From: Candidatus Limnocylindrales bacterium | GTDB lineage: Bacteria > Chloroflexota > Limnocylindria > Limnocylindrales > CSP1-4 | Direction of reading: 5' to 3' | Assembly: GCA_038230295.1 (NCBI GenBank) | Contig: JBBRNM010000004.1 | Coordinates: 2,235 to 66,234, forward strand | DNA: 64,000 bases | Part shown: piece after piece, positions 1 through 10,570 of the stretch | Layout: each line of letters opens with the position of its first letter | How positions within the stretch are numbered: the first letter of the stretch is position 1 | The notes under the pieces: model-generated | What the model was told of the DNA's origin: nothing | Seen by the model: only the letters and a program-made list of their open reading frames with translations | Databases searched by the model: none | Position numbers and translations under genes: made by a program

Positions 1-3000
1 CTCGCAGCCGCCCGAACACGCTGCGATAGCCTTCCAGCGCGACAGCCGGCGATCCTTCGAGGGCGGCGATTCCGGCCCTTGTGCCGTCGAGCCTGGCGCT
101 CTCGTAGGGCGAGCCGCTGTCGGGCTGCTGGGCCGCACGATCCGAGGCTTGGCGCGCTCCGTTCACGTCGCCTGCCCAGAGAGCCGCGCGAGCCGCTGCC
201 TGCAAGGCCGTCAAATTTGCACGTGGGGCCAGATCGCCAGCCGCCACGTACCCGCGGTAGGCCGCCTCGAGCGCACCGCTGACGAGCGCGACGTCTGCGC
301 GGATGTACTGGGCCCACGCCGCGGCCCAGTCAGACGACGACGAGTCGGGTCCGGCCGCCACGCCAGCCGCATCGATGAGAGCCAGCAGGTCGTCGGCGGG
401 CTCGCCGCGCGCAACTCGCAGGATCGCCAACGAACCCACCACGGAGATGGGAGCGTCGCCGGATCGTTCAGCGAGCACGTCGACCCCCCACCGGATGGCC
501 TCATCCCAATCGGCGCCGATGTTCTGGGCGAGGCCCATGAGCTGCCAGACCACCCAGTCGAACGTCTGCCGGTCGCCGACGCGTTCAGCGAGGGCAAGCG
601 AGTTCCGCAGCAGCGCGAACGACCCCACCGGATCGTGGTCGGCCGTGGCGCCGGCGAGGTTCGCGCTGGCGCGAAGCTCCGCGGCGACGAACCCTCCTGC
701 GCGAGCGACGTCCGCCGCCGCGGCATGGAGGGCGAGGCCCTCGCGCGGCCGGCCGAGCTGGCTGAGGGCTGCGGCCTTGTTGTTGAAGCCGTCGGCGATC
801 ACGTCGAGGAGGCCGAGGCGCTCCGCGATCGGCAGCGCCTCGTCGGCGATCTCGACGGCCCGCGCCGGGAACAAAGAGCGGAACAGAACCCGCGACAGGT
901 TTACGAGAAGCCGAGCCCGTATGGGTTCGGGAGTGTCCGCCGAAAGGGCTGCGGCGGCCCCCTCGAGCAATCCGAGAGCCTCGACGGGCTCCTCCTTCTC
1001 GAGGTGGATCATCGCCAACTCTGCTGTCGCCAGGGTTGCACCCTCGGCGTCGCCTGCGGCGCGGAAACCGTCGATCGCATCCTTCACAAGGTCCTCTGCC
1101 TGAACCTGGTGGCCGGCGCGGGACGCGGAGATCGCCGCGGCCAACCGCGTATCCGCCGCGTCGCCCGGGTCCGTCGTGACGACGAGCGCCTGCAGGAGGT
1201 GGGTCACGGCCTGTTCATGTGCGCCCAGGGCGACCGCTCGATCCGCGGCAGCCCGGAGCGCCAGGCGGGCCTGCGTCGCGACCGCGTCGGCCTCAGGGCC
1301 TTCAGACGATGCCTGGAAGGCGGCCACGAAGTGTGCCGCCAGGGCGCCGGCGAGCTCTTCGTCGCCGATCGTCTCGAAGTAGCGAGCGACCGCGAGATGG
1401 CGTCTTCGGCGATCCCGGCGCGCGAGCGTCGCGTAGGCAACCTCGCGGATGAGCGACTGCACGAAGCGGTACTGGCCCCGCTCCGGCGAGCGCGGATCGG
1501 CTTCGATCTCGAGGAGCTGTCGCCGGACCAGCCGCCTCAGGGCGACCTCGAGGTCGGCCTCGCTCCGCCCGGAAACGGCCTCGAGCGCGGGGATCGAGAA
1601 CGATTGGCCGAGGACGCCCGCGTCCTGAATCAGTGCGCGGTCGGCGGGGTCGAGGCCGTCGAGGCGGGAGGCGATCAACGATCTGAGCGTCTCAGGGATG
1701 GCCAGTTCGGCCAAGTCGCCGACCGGCCGGTAGCCCCCATCGACCAGCTCGAGCCGTCCATCCGCGAGGAGTGCTCGGATCATCTCGACGGCGTAGAGGG
1801 GGATCCCGTCGGCACGGGAGAGAATTGCTTCCACCGCGGCCTCCGGCAGCCCCGGCGCGAGACCGGCGAGCAGCTCCCGCATCTCGTCCCCGGAGAGTGG
1901 ATCGAGGGCAACGGCCGTGAAGCCTCGACGGCCCGCGCCCCAGTCCGGTCGGCGCTCGAACAGCTCTGGCCGAGCCAGCGTGACCACCAGCAACGGGACG
2001 CCGTGCGACCACTCGACGAGATGGTCGATGAAGTCGAGCAAGCCGGCGTCGGCCCAATGGAGGTCCTCGAAGAGCAGAACTGGCGTGCCTCGGAGCGCGA
2101 TCCGCTCGAAGAGGATGCGCCACGCGGCAAACAGCTTCTCCCGACCGCCCGGCGGCGGCGGACCCAGTCCCAGGAGCGTCAGCAATGCGGGCTCGACCCA
2201 GCTCCGATCGGCAGGCTCCGGGACGAACTCCGCCACCGTCCGCGCGATGGCCGCTCGCGTCGTGGCGTCGTCGTCTCCCTCGGCGAGACCGGCGCGGCGC
2301 CGGACCATTTCCCCGAGGGCCCAGAACGCGATCCCGTCACCGTAGGCCGGCGACCGGCCGTGGTGGAAGATGGTCGGCTCCTCGAATGCCTTGAGGTGCT
2401 TCTCGAACTCGAACGCGAGCCGGGACTTGCCGATGCCAGCGGGCCCAATGATGGACACGTGCCTGGCCCGGCGGTCGCGCGTCGCAGCCAGCACGGCGTC
2501 CTTGAGCAGCCGGAGCTCGCCCGTCCGGCCGACGAACGGTGGCTCAGGCAAGCCCGAGGCCACGTGCCCGCTCGGTTGCGCCGTGACCCGAAGGGCCCGC
2601 CACGCCAGGACCGGGCTCGACTTGCCCTTCAGCACCTGTTCTCCCGCCGGCTCGAACGCAATGGCGTCGGATGCGGCCCGCTGTGTCGCGTCGCCCACCA
2701 GGACGGTCCCCGGCGCGGCCACCGATTGCAGGCGGGCCGCCGTGTTCACGAGATCGCCGGCGACCATGCCCTGATTCGTGGCTCCGAGGGTGACCGCGGC
2801 CTCGCCGGTGAGGACGCCGGCCCGAGCCTGAATCGTCGGCCCGATGGCTACGACCCCTTCAACGAGATCCAGCGCGGCCCGGACTGCCCGCTCGGCGTCG
2901 TCCTCGCGAGCAATGGGAGCTCCCCAGACTGCCATCACGGCGTCGCCGATGAACTTTTCGACCGTGCCGCCGTAGCGCTCGATCACCTCACGGGCGGTGT

Positions 3001-3337
3001 CGAAATAAAGCGACAGTGCCTCGCGAACCTCCTCGGCATCGCGATCGGCGGCGAAGGGCGTGAACCCGACAAGGTCGGCGAACAGCACGGTGACGAGGCG
3101 GCGCTCGGCGACCGGGTTGTCGGCCGGCTGACGAGCCTCGGCCGGGCCTGCGCGGGAGCCGGCGACGACGGCCGTCGGTACACCCTCGTCGAGTGGGGTC
3201 GCGCATTCCCCGCAGTACTTCGCGTCCGAAGGGTTGAGCGTGCCGCATGACGGGCAGACCGCTGCCAACCGCGACGCGCACTCCTTGCAGAACTTGCGGC
3301 CCGACTCGTTCTCGGGCCCGCAGTTGGCGCAGATCAC
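1..3337 (-). CDS. Multidomain signalling protein: double zinc ribbon + class III adenylate/guanylate cyclase + P-loop (AAA/STAND-like) ATPase, probably followed by helical/TPR-like repeats; the 3' end runs off the left edge
   Basis: Absent from the ORF track because there is no stop inside the window. Hand translation of the minus strand from GTG (complement of 3335-3337) gives VICANCGPENESGRKFCKECASRLAAVCPSCGT. Complement of ~3061-3120 reads NPVAERRLVTVLFADLVGFT (cyclase domain start). Complement of ~2420-2460 reads HVSIIGPAGIGKSR (Walker A). The C-terminal repeat region is inferred from family architecture only. Plus-strand ORF 149..3250 is its antisense shadow. Confidence 0.8.
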   Translation of the reverse strand, partial: MICANCGPENESGRKFCKECASRLAAVCPSCGTLNPSDAKYCGECATPLDEGVPTAVVAGSRAGPAEARQPADNPVAERRLVTVLFADLVGFTPFAADRDAEEVREALSLYFDTAREVIERYGGTVEKFIGDAVMAVWGAPIAREDDAERAVRAALDLVEGVVAIGPTIQARAGVLTGEAAVTLGATNQGMVAGDLVNTAARLQSVAAPGTVLVGDATQRAASDAIAFEPAGEQVLKGKSSPVLAWRALRVTAQPSGHVASGLPEPPFVGRTGELRLLKDAVLAATRDRRARHVSIIGPAGIGKSRLAFEFEKHLKAFEEPTIFHHGRSPAYGDGIAFWALGEMVRRRAGLAEGDDDATTRAAIARTVAEFVPEPADRSWVEPALLTLLGLGPPPPGGREKLFAAWRILFERIALRGTPVLLFEDLHWADAGLLDFIDHLVEWSHGVPLLVVTLARPELFERRPDWGAGRRGFTAVALDPLSGDEMRELLAGLAPGLPEAAVEAILSRADGIPLYAVEMIRALLADGRLELVDGGYRPVGDLAELAIPETLRSLIASRLDGLDPADRALIQDAGVLGQSFSIPALEAVSGRSEADLEVALRRLVRRQLLEIEADPRSPERGQYRFVQSLIREVAYATLARRDRRRRHLAVARYFETIGDEELAGALAAHFVAAFQASSEGPEADAVATQARLALRAAADRAVALGAHEQAVTHLLQALVVTTDPGDAADTRLAAAISASRAGHQVQAEDLVKDAIDGFRAAGDAEGATLATAELAMIHLEKEEPVEALGLLEGAAAALSADTPEPIRARLLVNLSRVLFRSLFPARAVEIADEALPIAERLGLLDVIADGFNNKAAALSQLGRPREGLALHAAAADVARAGGFVAAELRASANLAGATADHDPVGSFALLRNSLALAERVGDRQTFDWVVWQLMGLAQNIGADWDEAIRWGVDVLAERSGDAPISVVGSLAILRVARGEPADDLLALIDAAGVAAGPDSSSSDWAAAWAQYIRADVALVSGALEAAYRGYVAAGDLAPRANLTALQAAARAALWAGDVNGARQASDRAAQQPDSGSPYESARLDGTRAGIAALEGSPAVALEGYRSVFGRLR

Positions 3338-3696
3338 GGCCGCAGCGTAGCGGAGCCACGAGATCAAGCGGGAGCCATGAGCGCCCCGAGTCAGTCGACG
3401 TGCCTCGATCGGCACGATCAGGCCGCCAAGGCCGCCGAGGGCGAGATCCTCGAGCAGATGCATCGCCACCTCGCGCCCGTCAACGGCACGGGACGCTGAT
3501 CCCGCCAGGGCGTTAGCGCGGAGCGGTCTCGACCCTGTGCGAAATGAGCGGAGATGAGAATCGAGGAAGGTGGCACGAGGCAGGCGTGAGCGGGGGTTAG
3601 GCGAAAGGCTCGGACGGAACAACCAGAGTCCGAAGCTCTAAACTGAGCGCGGCCCCCAGCTGATCCGGCTCAGCCCACGCCGGCGGAGGTCGCTTC

Positions 3697-3756
3697 ATGT
3701 CCCGAGACTGGGTCACTTTGGTGAGAACTCACATACCCGTCTGGTGCCCGGGACAT
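3697..3756. other. About 60-nt imperfect hairpin in the cyclase/dnaG intergenic region
   Basis: ATGTCCCG-AGAC-TGGGT ... ACCCG-TCT-GGTGC-CGGGACAT. The outer 8-bp arms are ATGTCCCG (3697-3704) and CGGGACAT (3749-3756), with inner AGAC/GTCT and GGGT/ACCC pairs. A third ATGTCCGG copy lies at ~3854. Confidence 0.35.
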
Positions 3757-3770
3757 ACTCCTCCCCAGTA

Positions 3771-3789
3771 TTGACAAAGGGGTTGTCAA
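3771..3789. promoter_or_regulatory. Inverted repeat TTGACAA-N5-TTGTCAA (candidate operator overlapping the -35 box)
   Basis: Perfect 7-bp arms read directly: ttgacaa agggg ttgtcaa. Confidence 0.4.
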
Positions 3790-3812
3790 GTGGGGCCTCG
3801 AGGGTCTAAAAT
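3783..3812 (+). promoter_or_regulatory. Candidate sigma-70-type promoter for dnaG-rpoD
   Basis: -35 TTGTCA (3783-3788), 18-bp spacer, -10 TAAAAT (3807-3812). It sits in a locally lower-GC stretch, the only good -10 hexamer upstream of dnaG. Confidence 0.45.
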
Positions 3813-3827
3813 ACCCCTTGAACGGCT

Positions 3828-3842
3828 TGTCAAGACTTGACA
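3828..3842. promoter_or_regulatory. Perfect 15-bp palindrome TGTCAAG-A-CTTGACA just downstream of the predicted transcription start (candidate operator)
   Basis: Read directly from the sequence. It shares the TTGACA/TGTCAA half-site with the 3771-3789 repeat. Confidence 0.4.
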
Positions 3843-5945
3843 GGCCGACAGTCATGTCCGGCAGGTCGCGGCGGGGCGGCTGGAACGGAACCTCTCGGTG
3901 TTCTGGAGCGTAGACACCAGAGAGACAGGTATTCGGAGGCGCGGATCACGGCAGGCGGGATCGCAAGCGAAGTCAAGAGCCGGCTGAACATCGTCGACGT
4001 GGTCGGCGAGACAGTGCAGCTGAAGAAGGCGGGCACCACCTACAAGGGACTCTGCCCGTTCCACGGCGAGAAGACGCCGTCGTTCACGGTCACCCCGGGC
4101 CGGGACTCCTGGAAGTGCTTCGGCTGCGGCCTGGGCGGCGACGTCTTCAGCTTCGTCATGCAGCGCGACTCGGTGACCTTCCCTGACGCGTTGCGAACGC
4201 TCGCCGCGAAGGCCGGCGTCGAGATCGACGAGCGGACCAAACGCGAGGATGCCCATCGGGCCCGACTCCGGGATGTCTTCGAGACCGCGATCGCGTTCTA
4301 CCACCAGGTGCTGACCGCCACGACCGTCGGCGCGCCGGCCCTGGACTACCTCCGCGGCCGCGGCTTCAGCGACGCGACGATCGAGGCCTTCCAGCTCGGC
4401 TGGGCGCCGGAGGGCTGGGACGTCCTGAGTCGCAAGCTCGTCGAGAAGCGGGCGATCAAGCCCGATGAGCTCGTCGAGGTCGGCCTCGCGTCGCCCGGCC
4501 GCTCGCAATCTCGCGGGGTCGGCATCATCGACAAGTTCCGGGGCCGCGTCCTGTTCCCGATCCGGGATCAGAACGGCGCGGCGGTCGGCATGGGCGGCCG
4601 TATCCTCGGTTCCGAGTCGGAAGCGAACGAGCGCGCGGCGGCCGCCGGTCGCACCGCAGGGCCCAAGTACCTGAACTCGCCCGGGACGCCGCTCTTCGAC
4701 AAGAGCCGGACGCTGTACCTCATCGATAAGGCCAAGACCTCGATCCGGAAGTCGGGCCAGGCGGTGATCGTAGAGGGCTACACCGACGCGCTGATGGCCC
4801 ATCAGGCCGGCTTCGACAACGTCGTCGCCTCCCTCGGCACGGCGCTGACGCCGGGGCAGGTCGGCCTGCTGACGCGCTACGCGAAGCGGATCGCGCTGGC
4901 GTACGACGTCGACGCCGCGGGCCAGAAGGCCGGCACGTTCGGCGTCCAGGCCCTCCAGGGTCTGATCGGCCAGCTCGCCGCGACGGAGAGCGGCATCGAG
5001 CTCGACGAGGTCCGCGTCGTTCGTCTGCCCGACGGCAAGGATCCCGACGAGGTCCTCCGCGACTCGCCCGACCGCTGGCGCGAGGAGGTCCGGACCGCGC
5101 AGCCGATCGTCGAGTACCTCATCGATACCTACTCGAGGACGTACGACCTCAAGACGCCGGGTGGCAAGGCTCGCTTCGTCGATGCCCTGATGCCGACGAT
5201 CCGGGCCGTTCCGAACCCGGTCATGCGCGACGCCTACCTCCAGCAGGTCCGCCAGACCTCCGGCGTGGAGGAGCGGATCCTCCTCGAGGTGTTGCGGGGC
5301 ACCCGGCTGGGCGGCGCGTCCGGCCTCGCCACGATCGCGACAGGTCAAGGCGCCTCGGGCAATCGACCGGCGACCCGGGACGGCGGCTTCTCGGCCGATG
5401 CCGTCATCTCGTCCGCGGATTCGCTCCCGGTCGGCGACATCCTGCGCGGCGTCCTGCCGCAGGAGGCGGAGCTCCTTCGCCTGATCCTGCTGGTCCCCGA
5501 GATCCAGCTCAAGGTCGTCGACGAGATCGGTCCGGACCAGCTCCCGAGCACCGTCGCCCGCGAGCTCTTCAAGGCCGTGGTGTTCGCCAGGGAACCCAAC
5601 GACGAGGGCGTGCATCCGCCGTTCAGCCTGACGGGGCTCGTTCAGTCGCTCGATCCCGAGACGGCTGCCCTGGCCCAGGCCGTCCTCGCTCGCCGCGACC
5701 CGAACCCGAGGGAGCTGACACAGGCGGACCTCGCCTACGAGATCGAGCGACTCACGATCGATCTCGAGGAACGGGCTCTCGACGAACGCTCCGAATACCT
5801 GCAATCCGCCCTGGCCGAAGCCGAGCAGACCGGCGACCGAGACTCGGTCGACCGCCTCTCGCTCGAAGGCCAGGCCATGAACGACCAGCGGCGCTCGCTC
5901 CATCGACGCCGCGACCAGACCAAGCTCATCACCGCCAGGAGGTAG
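3837..5945 (+). CDS. dnaG: DNA primase DnaG
   Basis: Zinc finger [30 protein letters not shown]; TOPRIM region [17 protein letters not shown]. The ORF-track start is TTG 3837, but the homology-expected N-terminus ([20 protein letters not shown]) begins at ATC 3945, preceded by GGAGG, so the true start is uncertain. Confidence 0.9.
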   Translation: MTGRQSCPAGRGGAAGTEPLGVLERRHQRDRYSEARITAGGIASEVKSRLNIVDVVGETVQLKKAGTTYKGLCPFHGEKTPSFTVTPGRDSWKCFGCGLGGDVFSFVMQRDSVTFPDALRTLAAKAGVEIDERTKREDAHRARLRDVFETAIAFYHQVLTATTVGAPALDYLRGRGFSDATIEAFQLGWAPEGWDVLSRKLVEKRAIKPDELVEVGLASPGRSQSRGVGIIDKFRGRVLFPIRDQNGAAVGMGGRILGSESEANERAAAAGRTAGPKYLNSPGTPLFDKSRTLYLIDKAKTSIRKSGQAVIVEGYTDALMAHQAGFDNVVASLGTALTPGQVGLLTRYAKRIALAYDVDAAGQKAGTFGVQALQGLIGQLAATESGIELDEVRVVRLPDGKDPDEVLRDSPDRWREEVRTAQPIVEYLIDTYSRTYDLKTPGGKARFVDALMPTIRAVPNPVMRDAYLQQVRQTSGVEERILLEVLRGTRLGGASGLATIATGQGASGNRPATRDGGFSADAVISSADSLPVGDILRGVLPQEAELLRLILLVPEIQLKVVDEIGPDQLPSTVARELFKAVVFAREPNDEGVHPPFSLTGLVQSLDPETAALAQAVLARRDPNPRELTQADLAYEIERLTIDLEERALDERSEYLQSALAEAEQTGDRDSVDRLSLEGQAMNDQRRSLHRRRDQTKLITARR

Positions 5946-5953
5946 CAACAACC

Positions 5954-7669
<1,716 letters not shown>

Positions 7670-7697
7670 CCGCTCGCGCGGCTCCCGAGAAGCAAAA

Positions 7698-7722
7698 GGC
7701 CCCCGCCGACGGCGGGGGCCTT
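7698..7722 (+). terminator. Stem-loop terminator after rpoD
   Basis: GGCCCCCGCC-GAC-GGCGGGGGCC (10-bp stem) followed by TTCTC. An A-run precedes it, so it may act on both strands. Confidence 0.6.
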
Positions 7723-7757
7723 CTCGATCTGAGGCGGCCCTCGATGGGGCCGCCGAG

Positions 7758-8111
7758 CTACATCGAGCCTTCGGTCAGCCCGATCACGTGGCCCTCGGGG
7801 TCGGCGACCATCGCGAGCGTGGCGTTTCCGGCCGTGAACTTCGGCATCACGACCGCGCCGCCGAGCGAGGCGGCCTTGGCGAGGGTCGCCTCGATGTCCG
7901 GCACCCGAACGTAGAACGTCACCCAGCCGGAGCCACCGTCGGGGCTCGGGCCGGCGCCGAAATCGGCGCCACTCCCGCCGGTCTTCTCGGCGAGTCCGTA
8001 GCCGCCGGGGAGATCGGTGTTGAGGTTCCAGTCGAAGAGATCGCCGAAGAACTTCTGGAGCTTCGGTCCGTCCTTCCCGACGACCTCGGCGTGAATGATC
8101 TCGTTTGCCAC
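7758..8111 (-). CDS. VOC/glyoxalase-fold family protein (paralogue 1)
   Basis: Starting at GTG 8111 (AGGAGG upstream) gives VANEIIHAEVVGKDGPKLQKFFGDLFDWNL..., collinear with the neighbouring paralogue. The ORF-track start at 8219 is probably an over-extension. Confidence 0.8.
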   Translation of the reverse strand: MANEIIHAEVVGKDGPKLQKFFGDLFDWNLNTDLPGGYGLAEKTGGSGADFGAGPSPDGGSGWVTFYVRVPDIEATLAKAASLGGAVVMPKFTAGNATLAMVADPEGHVIGLTEGSM

Positions 8112-8238
8112 GGCCAAACCTCCTGCGTGAGCGACCGTTCGGCCGCGTTCATGGAATGGACGAACGGTGCGCCCCGGAATCGACATCTGCGAGGCCCAAC
8201 CGGTTACTGCCTCGTTCAAGCGGCACCGTGCTGGAAGG

Positions 8239-8595
8239 CTATTCGGCGGCGGCCTGGCTGATGCCGACGACGTGACCCTCTGCGTCCGCGAGCATGGCGA
8301 GGTAGGTCTCGGGAGCGGGGCTGAACTTCGGCATCACGACACTGCCACCGAGCTCCTGGGCCTTGGCCAGCGCCGCATCGACGTCCGGCACGCTCACGTA
8401 GAACGTGACCCAGCCGTTGCCGCCGTCGGGCGACGGGCCGGTGCCGAGGACGATTCCGGATTCGGCCGGGTCGGTCATCCCGTAGCCCCCGGGCAGGTCC
8501 GTGTTCTGCTTCCAGCCGAAGAGCTCGCCCCAGAACGTGTGGAGCGCCGCGCCGTCCTTCCCCACGACCTCGACATGGACGATCTTGTTTCCCAC
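8239..8595 (-). CDS. VOC/glyoxalase-fold family protein (paralogue 2)
   Basis: MGNKIVHVEVVGKDGAALHTFWGELFGWKQNTDLPGGYG...GWVTFYVSVPDVDAALAKA. About 60% identical by eye to 7758..8111. Confidence 0.85.
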   Translation of the reverse strand: MGNKIVHVEVVGKDGAALHTFWGELFGWKQNTDLPGGYGMTDPAESGIVLGTGPSPDGGNGWVTFYVSVPDVDAALAKAQELGGSVVMPKFSPAPETYLAMLADAEGHVVGISQAAAE

Positions 8596-8780
8596 GAATC
8601 AGCGCCTCCTGGATGCGGGCCGAGTAGCTGCCGTCAGAGCTTCAGCGAACGAGATGTTCGCGAATCGACAGGCATGTGAACGTCCGATGCTTTCTCGGTC
8701 CGGATGTCGCGTCGGACGACGACCCGAGTGTGCGCGCTCGACGGATCCGACGCTCTCTCGGCGACCACGTGGAAGCCCTC

Positions 8781-9149
8781 CTACGCTGGCCGAGAGCCCG
8801 GGAACAGTTGCAGGCTAACGATCTTGTCGTCGACCACGTGATAGAGAGCGACCCACTGCATCTCGCCGTGGCTGCCATCCGGCATCAACCAGTTCGGGAC
8901 GATATCGTGCATCGCGACCCACTCGCCCGCCTCGAAGGAGGTCGGTACATCGGCGTGGACGTCGGGCATGCGCTCGAAGACGCGGCCGATGTCGGTTCGA
9001 ATGGCCTCCGCTCCGTCGGACATGGTCCTGCCATCGCCGTCGAGGATGAGGGCATCGGGGGCGAATCCCTCCATGTAGCGGTCCAGATCGTGAGCGTTGT
9101 AGGCCTCGTGCTCCTCGAGTACCACTGCCAGGCTGCCTAGGCTGGTCAC
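8781..9149 (-). CDS. NTF2/SnoaL-like fold protein
   Basis: From GTG 9149 (GGGAGGA upstream): VTSLGSLAVVLEEHEAYNAHDLDRYMEGFAPDALILDGDG...QWVALYHVVDDKIVSLQLF. This is a typical SnoaL-like pattern, but the family call is by eye only. Confidence 0.6.
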   Translation of the reverse strand: MTSLGSLAVVLEEHEAYNAHDLDRYMEGFAPDALILDGDGRTMSDGAEAIRTDIGRVFERMPDVHADVPTSFEAGEWVAMHDIVPNWLMPDGSHGEMQWVALYHVVDDKIVSLQLFPGSRPA

Positions 9150-9269
9150 TTTGGCTTTCCTCCCTGTTCGCCGCGTCTCGCCCCGTGAACGGATACTGAC
9201 AGCGACCGGAACGACTTGGGGTCGCTCACTGAGGGACTCGCGAACGGATGCCGTCAGCGGCATCTTGCT

Positions 9270-9431
9270 CTCATGTCGCCTTCGCGGCGAGCGTCTTGCT
9301 GTCGTAGGTGTCGCTCCTTCGCAGGGGGACCCATTTCGTCACCAGCACCAGAGCGGGTCGCCACCCTCGCGGAACAACGCGGCGAGCGCATCCCAGGTCT
9401 CCGCGGTCAGCGGCCGGACGACGACGGTCAC
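9270..9431 (-). pseudogene. Remnant of a GNAT acetyltransferase gene (N-terminal ~30 codons, then a stop/frameshift)
   Basis: Minus strand from GTG 9431 reads VTVVVRPLTAETWDALAALFREGGDPLWCW then TGA. Another frame continues TKWVPLRRSDTYDSKTLAAKA. It resembles the N-terminus of GNATs with a CWC motif, and no full-length ORF exists. Confidence 0.35.
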
Positions 9432-9438
9432 CGGAGGC

Positions 9439-10332
9439 TCAGCGCGGCGTGTTTGCCGGCTTCGGTGCGGCTCCCGGCTCAGCGCCGGTGGCGACGGGAT
9501 ACCCGGAGCGCGACCAGTCGCTGTAGGAGCCGACGTACAGGATCGGGTCGGGGAGGCCCGCGATGCGCATCGCGAGCGAATGATGGCTTGCCGACGTGCC
9601 GCTCCCGCACGAGGTGATCACCTCGCCCGAGCCGTCGGCGCCCAGCCGCTCGAAACGCGCCCGCAATGCCTCCGGCGCCATGAGCCGGCCGTCGGGGCCG
9701 AGGTTGCCATCGATGGGCGCGTTGACCGCGGTCGGGATGTGGCCGGCGATCGGGTCGATCGGCTCGGTCTCGCCGCGATAGCGCGGCGCCCCTCGCGCGT
9801 CGAGCAGGAGGACGCCTCCGAGCTTCGCCCGAAGGTCGTCGCGCTCAACGACGCCGGTCCACCGGTCCGTCAGCTCGAGCCGACGAGGGGATCGGTCCGG
9901 TTCGGCGCCGGAGCGCACCGGCAAGCCGGCGGCCGTCCACGCGCCGATGCCGCCGTCGAGGACCGAGACGTCCTCGAACCCGAGGTCGTCGAGCATCCAC
10001 CACAGGCGCGCGGCGACCCAGCCGCCGACGTCGTCGTAGGCGACAACCCGGGATTCGTTGCCGATCCCGCGGGCGCCCATCGCGTCCGCCCACGCCCGTG
10101 GATCGGGGAGGGGATGGCGGCCCGGGGCGCCGAGGGCGGCGGGATTTCCGAGATCCGCCAGGTCCGCGTCGAGATCGAGGTGAATCGCGCTCGCGATATG
10201 GTCCTCGAGATAGGCCGCCCGGCCTGCGCCCGGCTTGCCGAGATACCAGCGCGCATCGACGACGAAGAGGTCAGGATCCTGGAGCTCCGCGGCGAGTTCG
10301 GCCACGGAGGTCAGGGGTGAGCGGGCGGACAT
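9439..10332 (-). CDS. Two-domain rhodanese: thiosulfate/3-mercaptopyruvate sulfurtransferase
   Basis: FVVDARWYL...YLEDHIASAIHLD in the N-domain; catalytic loop ITSCGSGTSASHH in the C-domain. Confidence 0.9.
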   Translation of the reverse strand: MSARSPLTSVAELAAELQDPDLFVVDARWYLGKPGAGRAAYLEDHIASAIHLDLDADLADLGNPAALGAPGRHPLPDPRAWADAMGARGIGNESRVVAYDDVGGWVAARLWWMLDDLGFEDVSVLDGGIGAWTAAGLPVRSGAEPDRSPRRLELTDRWTGVVERDDLRAKLGGVLLLDARGAPRYRGETEPIDPIAGHIPTAVNAPIDGNLGPDGRLMAPEALRARFERLGADGSGEVITSCGSGTSASHHSLAMRIAGLPDPILYVGSYSDWSRSGYPVATGAEPGAAPKPANTPR

Positions 10333-10448
10333 GCACGAAGCCTACGGCACGAGCGCCAAAGAGGGCCTCCGCGACCGGGCCTCTGCTATCCTGCCGTGCG
10401 GCGCGGCGCCCTCGCGGCCCCGCCGACGTCGCCAGCGGCGACCTCCAC

Positions 10449-10523
10449 TCCGGCGTAGCTCAGTGGTAGAGCGGGTGACTGTTAATCACTTGGTCGTAGG
10501 TTCGAATCCTACCGCCGGAGCCA
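10449..10523 (+). tRNA. tRNA-Asn (GTT)
   Basis: Cloverleaf read by hand: acceptor TCCGGCG/CGCCGGA, D arm GCTCAGTGGTAGAGC, anticodon loop CTGTTAA, T arm GTAGGTTCGAATCCTAC, encoded CCA. Confidence 0.95.
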
Positions 10524-10570
10524 TCACCCGAGGTCATGGTGCTCCTATCGCTTTGTGAGAGGATCCGCCC

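Noticed and set aside
149-3250. 1033-aa plus-strand ORF, the longest at the left end of the track
   Set aside because: Its composition is Arg/Gly/Pro/Asp-rich with no recognisable motifs. The opposite strand encodes a clean zinc-ribbon/cyclase/P-loop protein (VICANCG..., RRLVTVLFADLVGFT, GPAGIGKSR). It is a typical high-GC antisense shadow ORF.
3377-3499. 40-codon ORF (MSAPSQSTCLDRHDQAAKAAEGEILEQMHRHLAPVNGTGR) upstream of dnaG
   Set aside because: It has a weak RBS (GGGAG), no paralogue or recognisable motif, and lies in a region that may be regulatory RNA or promoter for the divergent cyclase gene. Support is insufficient.
3852-5951. 699-aa minus-strand ORF
   Set aside because: It is exactly antisense to dnaG, which has unambiguous primase motifs, and its composition is shadow-like.
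7733-7754. Second hairpin (GGCGGCCC-N6-GGGCCGCC) after rpoD, as a terminator for the convergent VOC gene
   Set aside because: The stem is real, but no U-tract follows on the minus-strand transcript, so it is not called separately.
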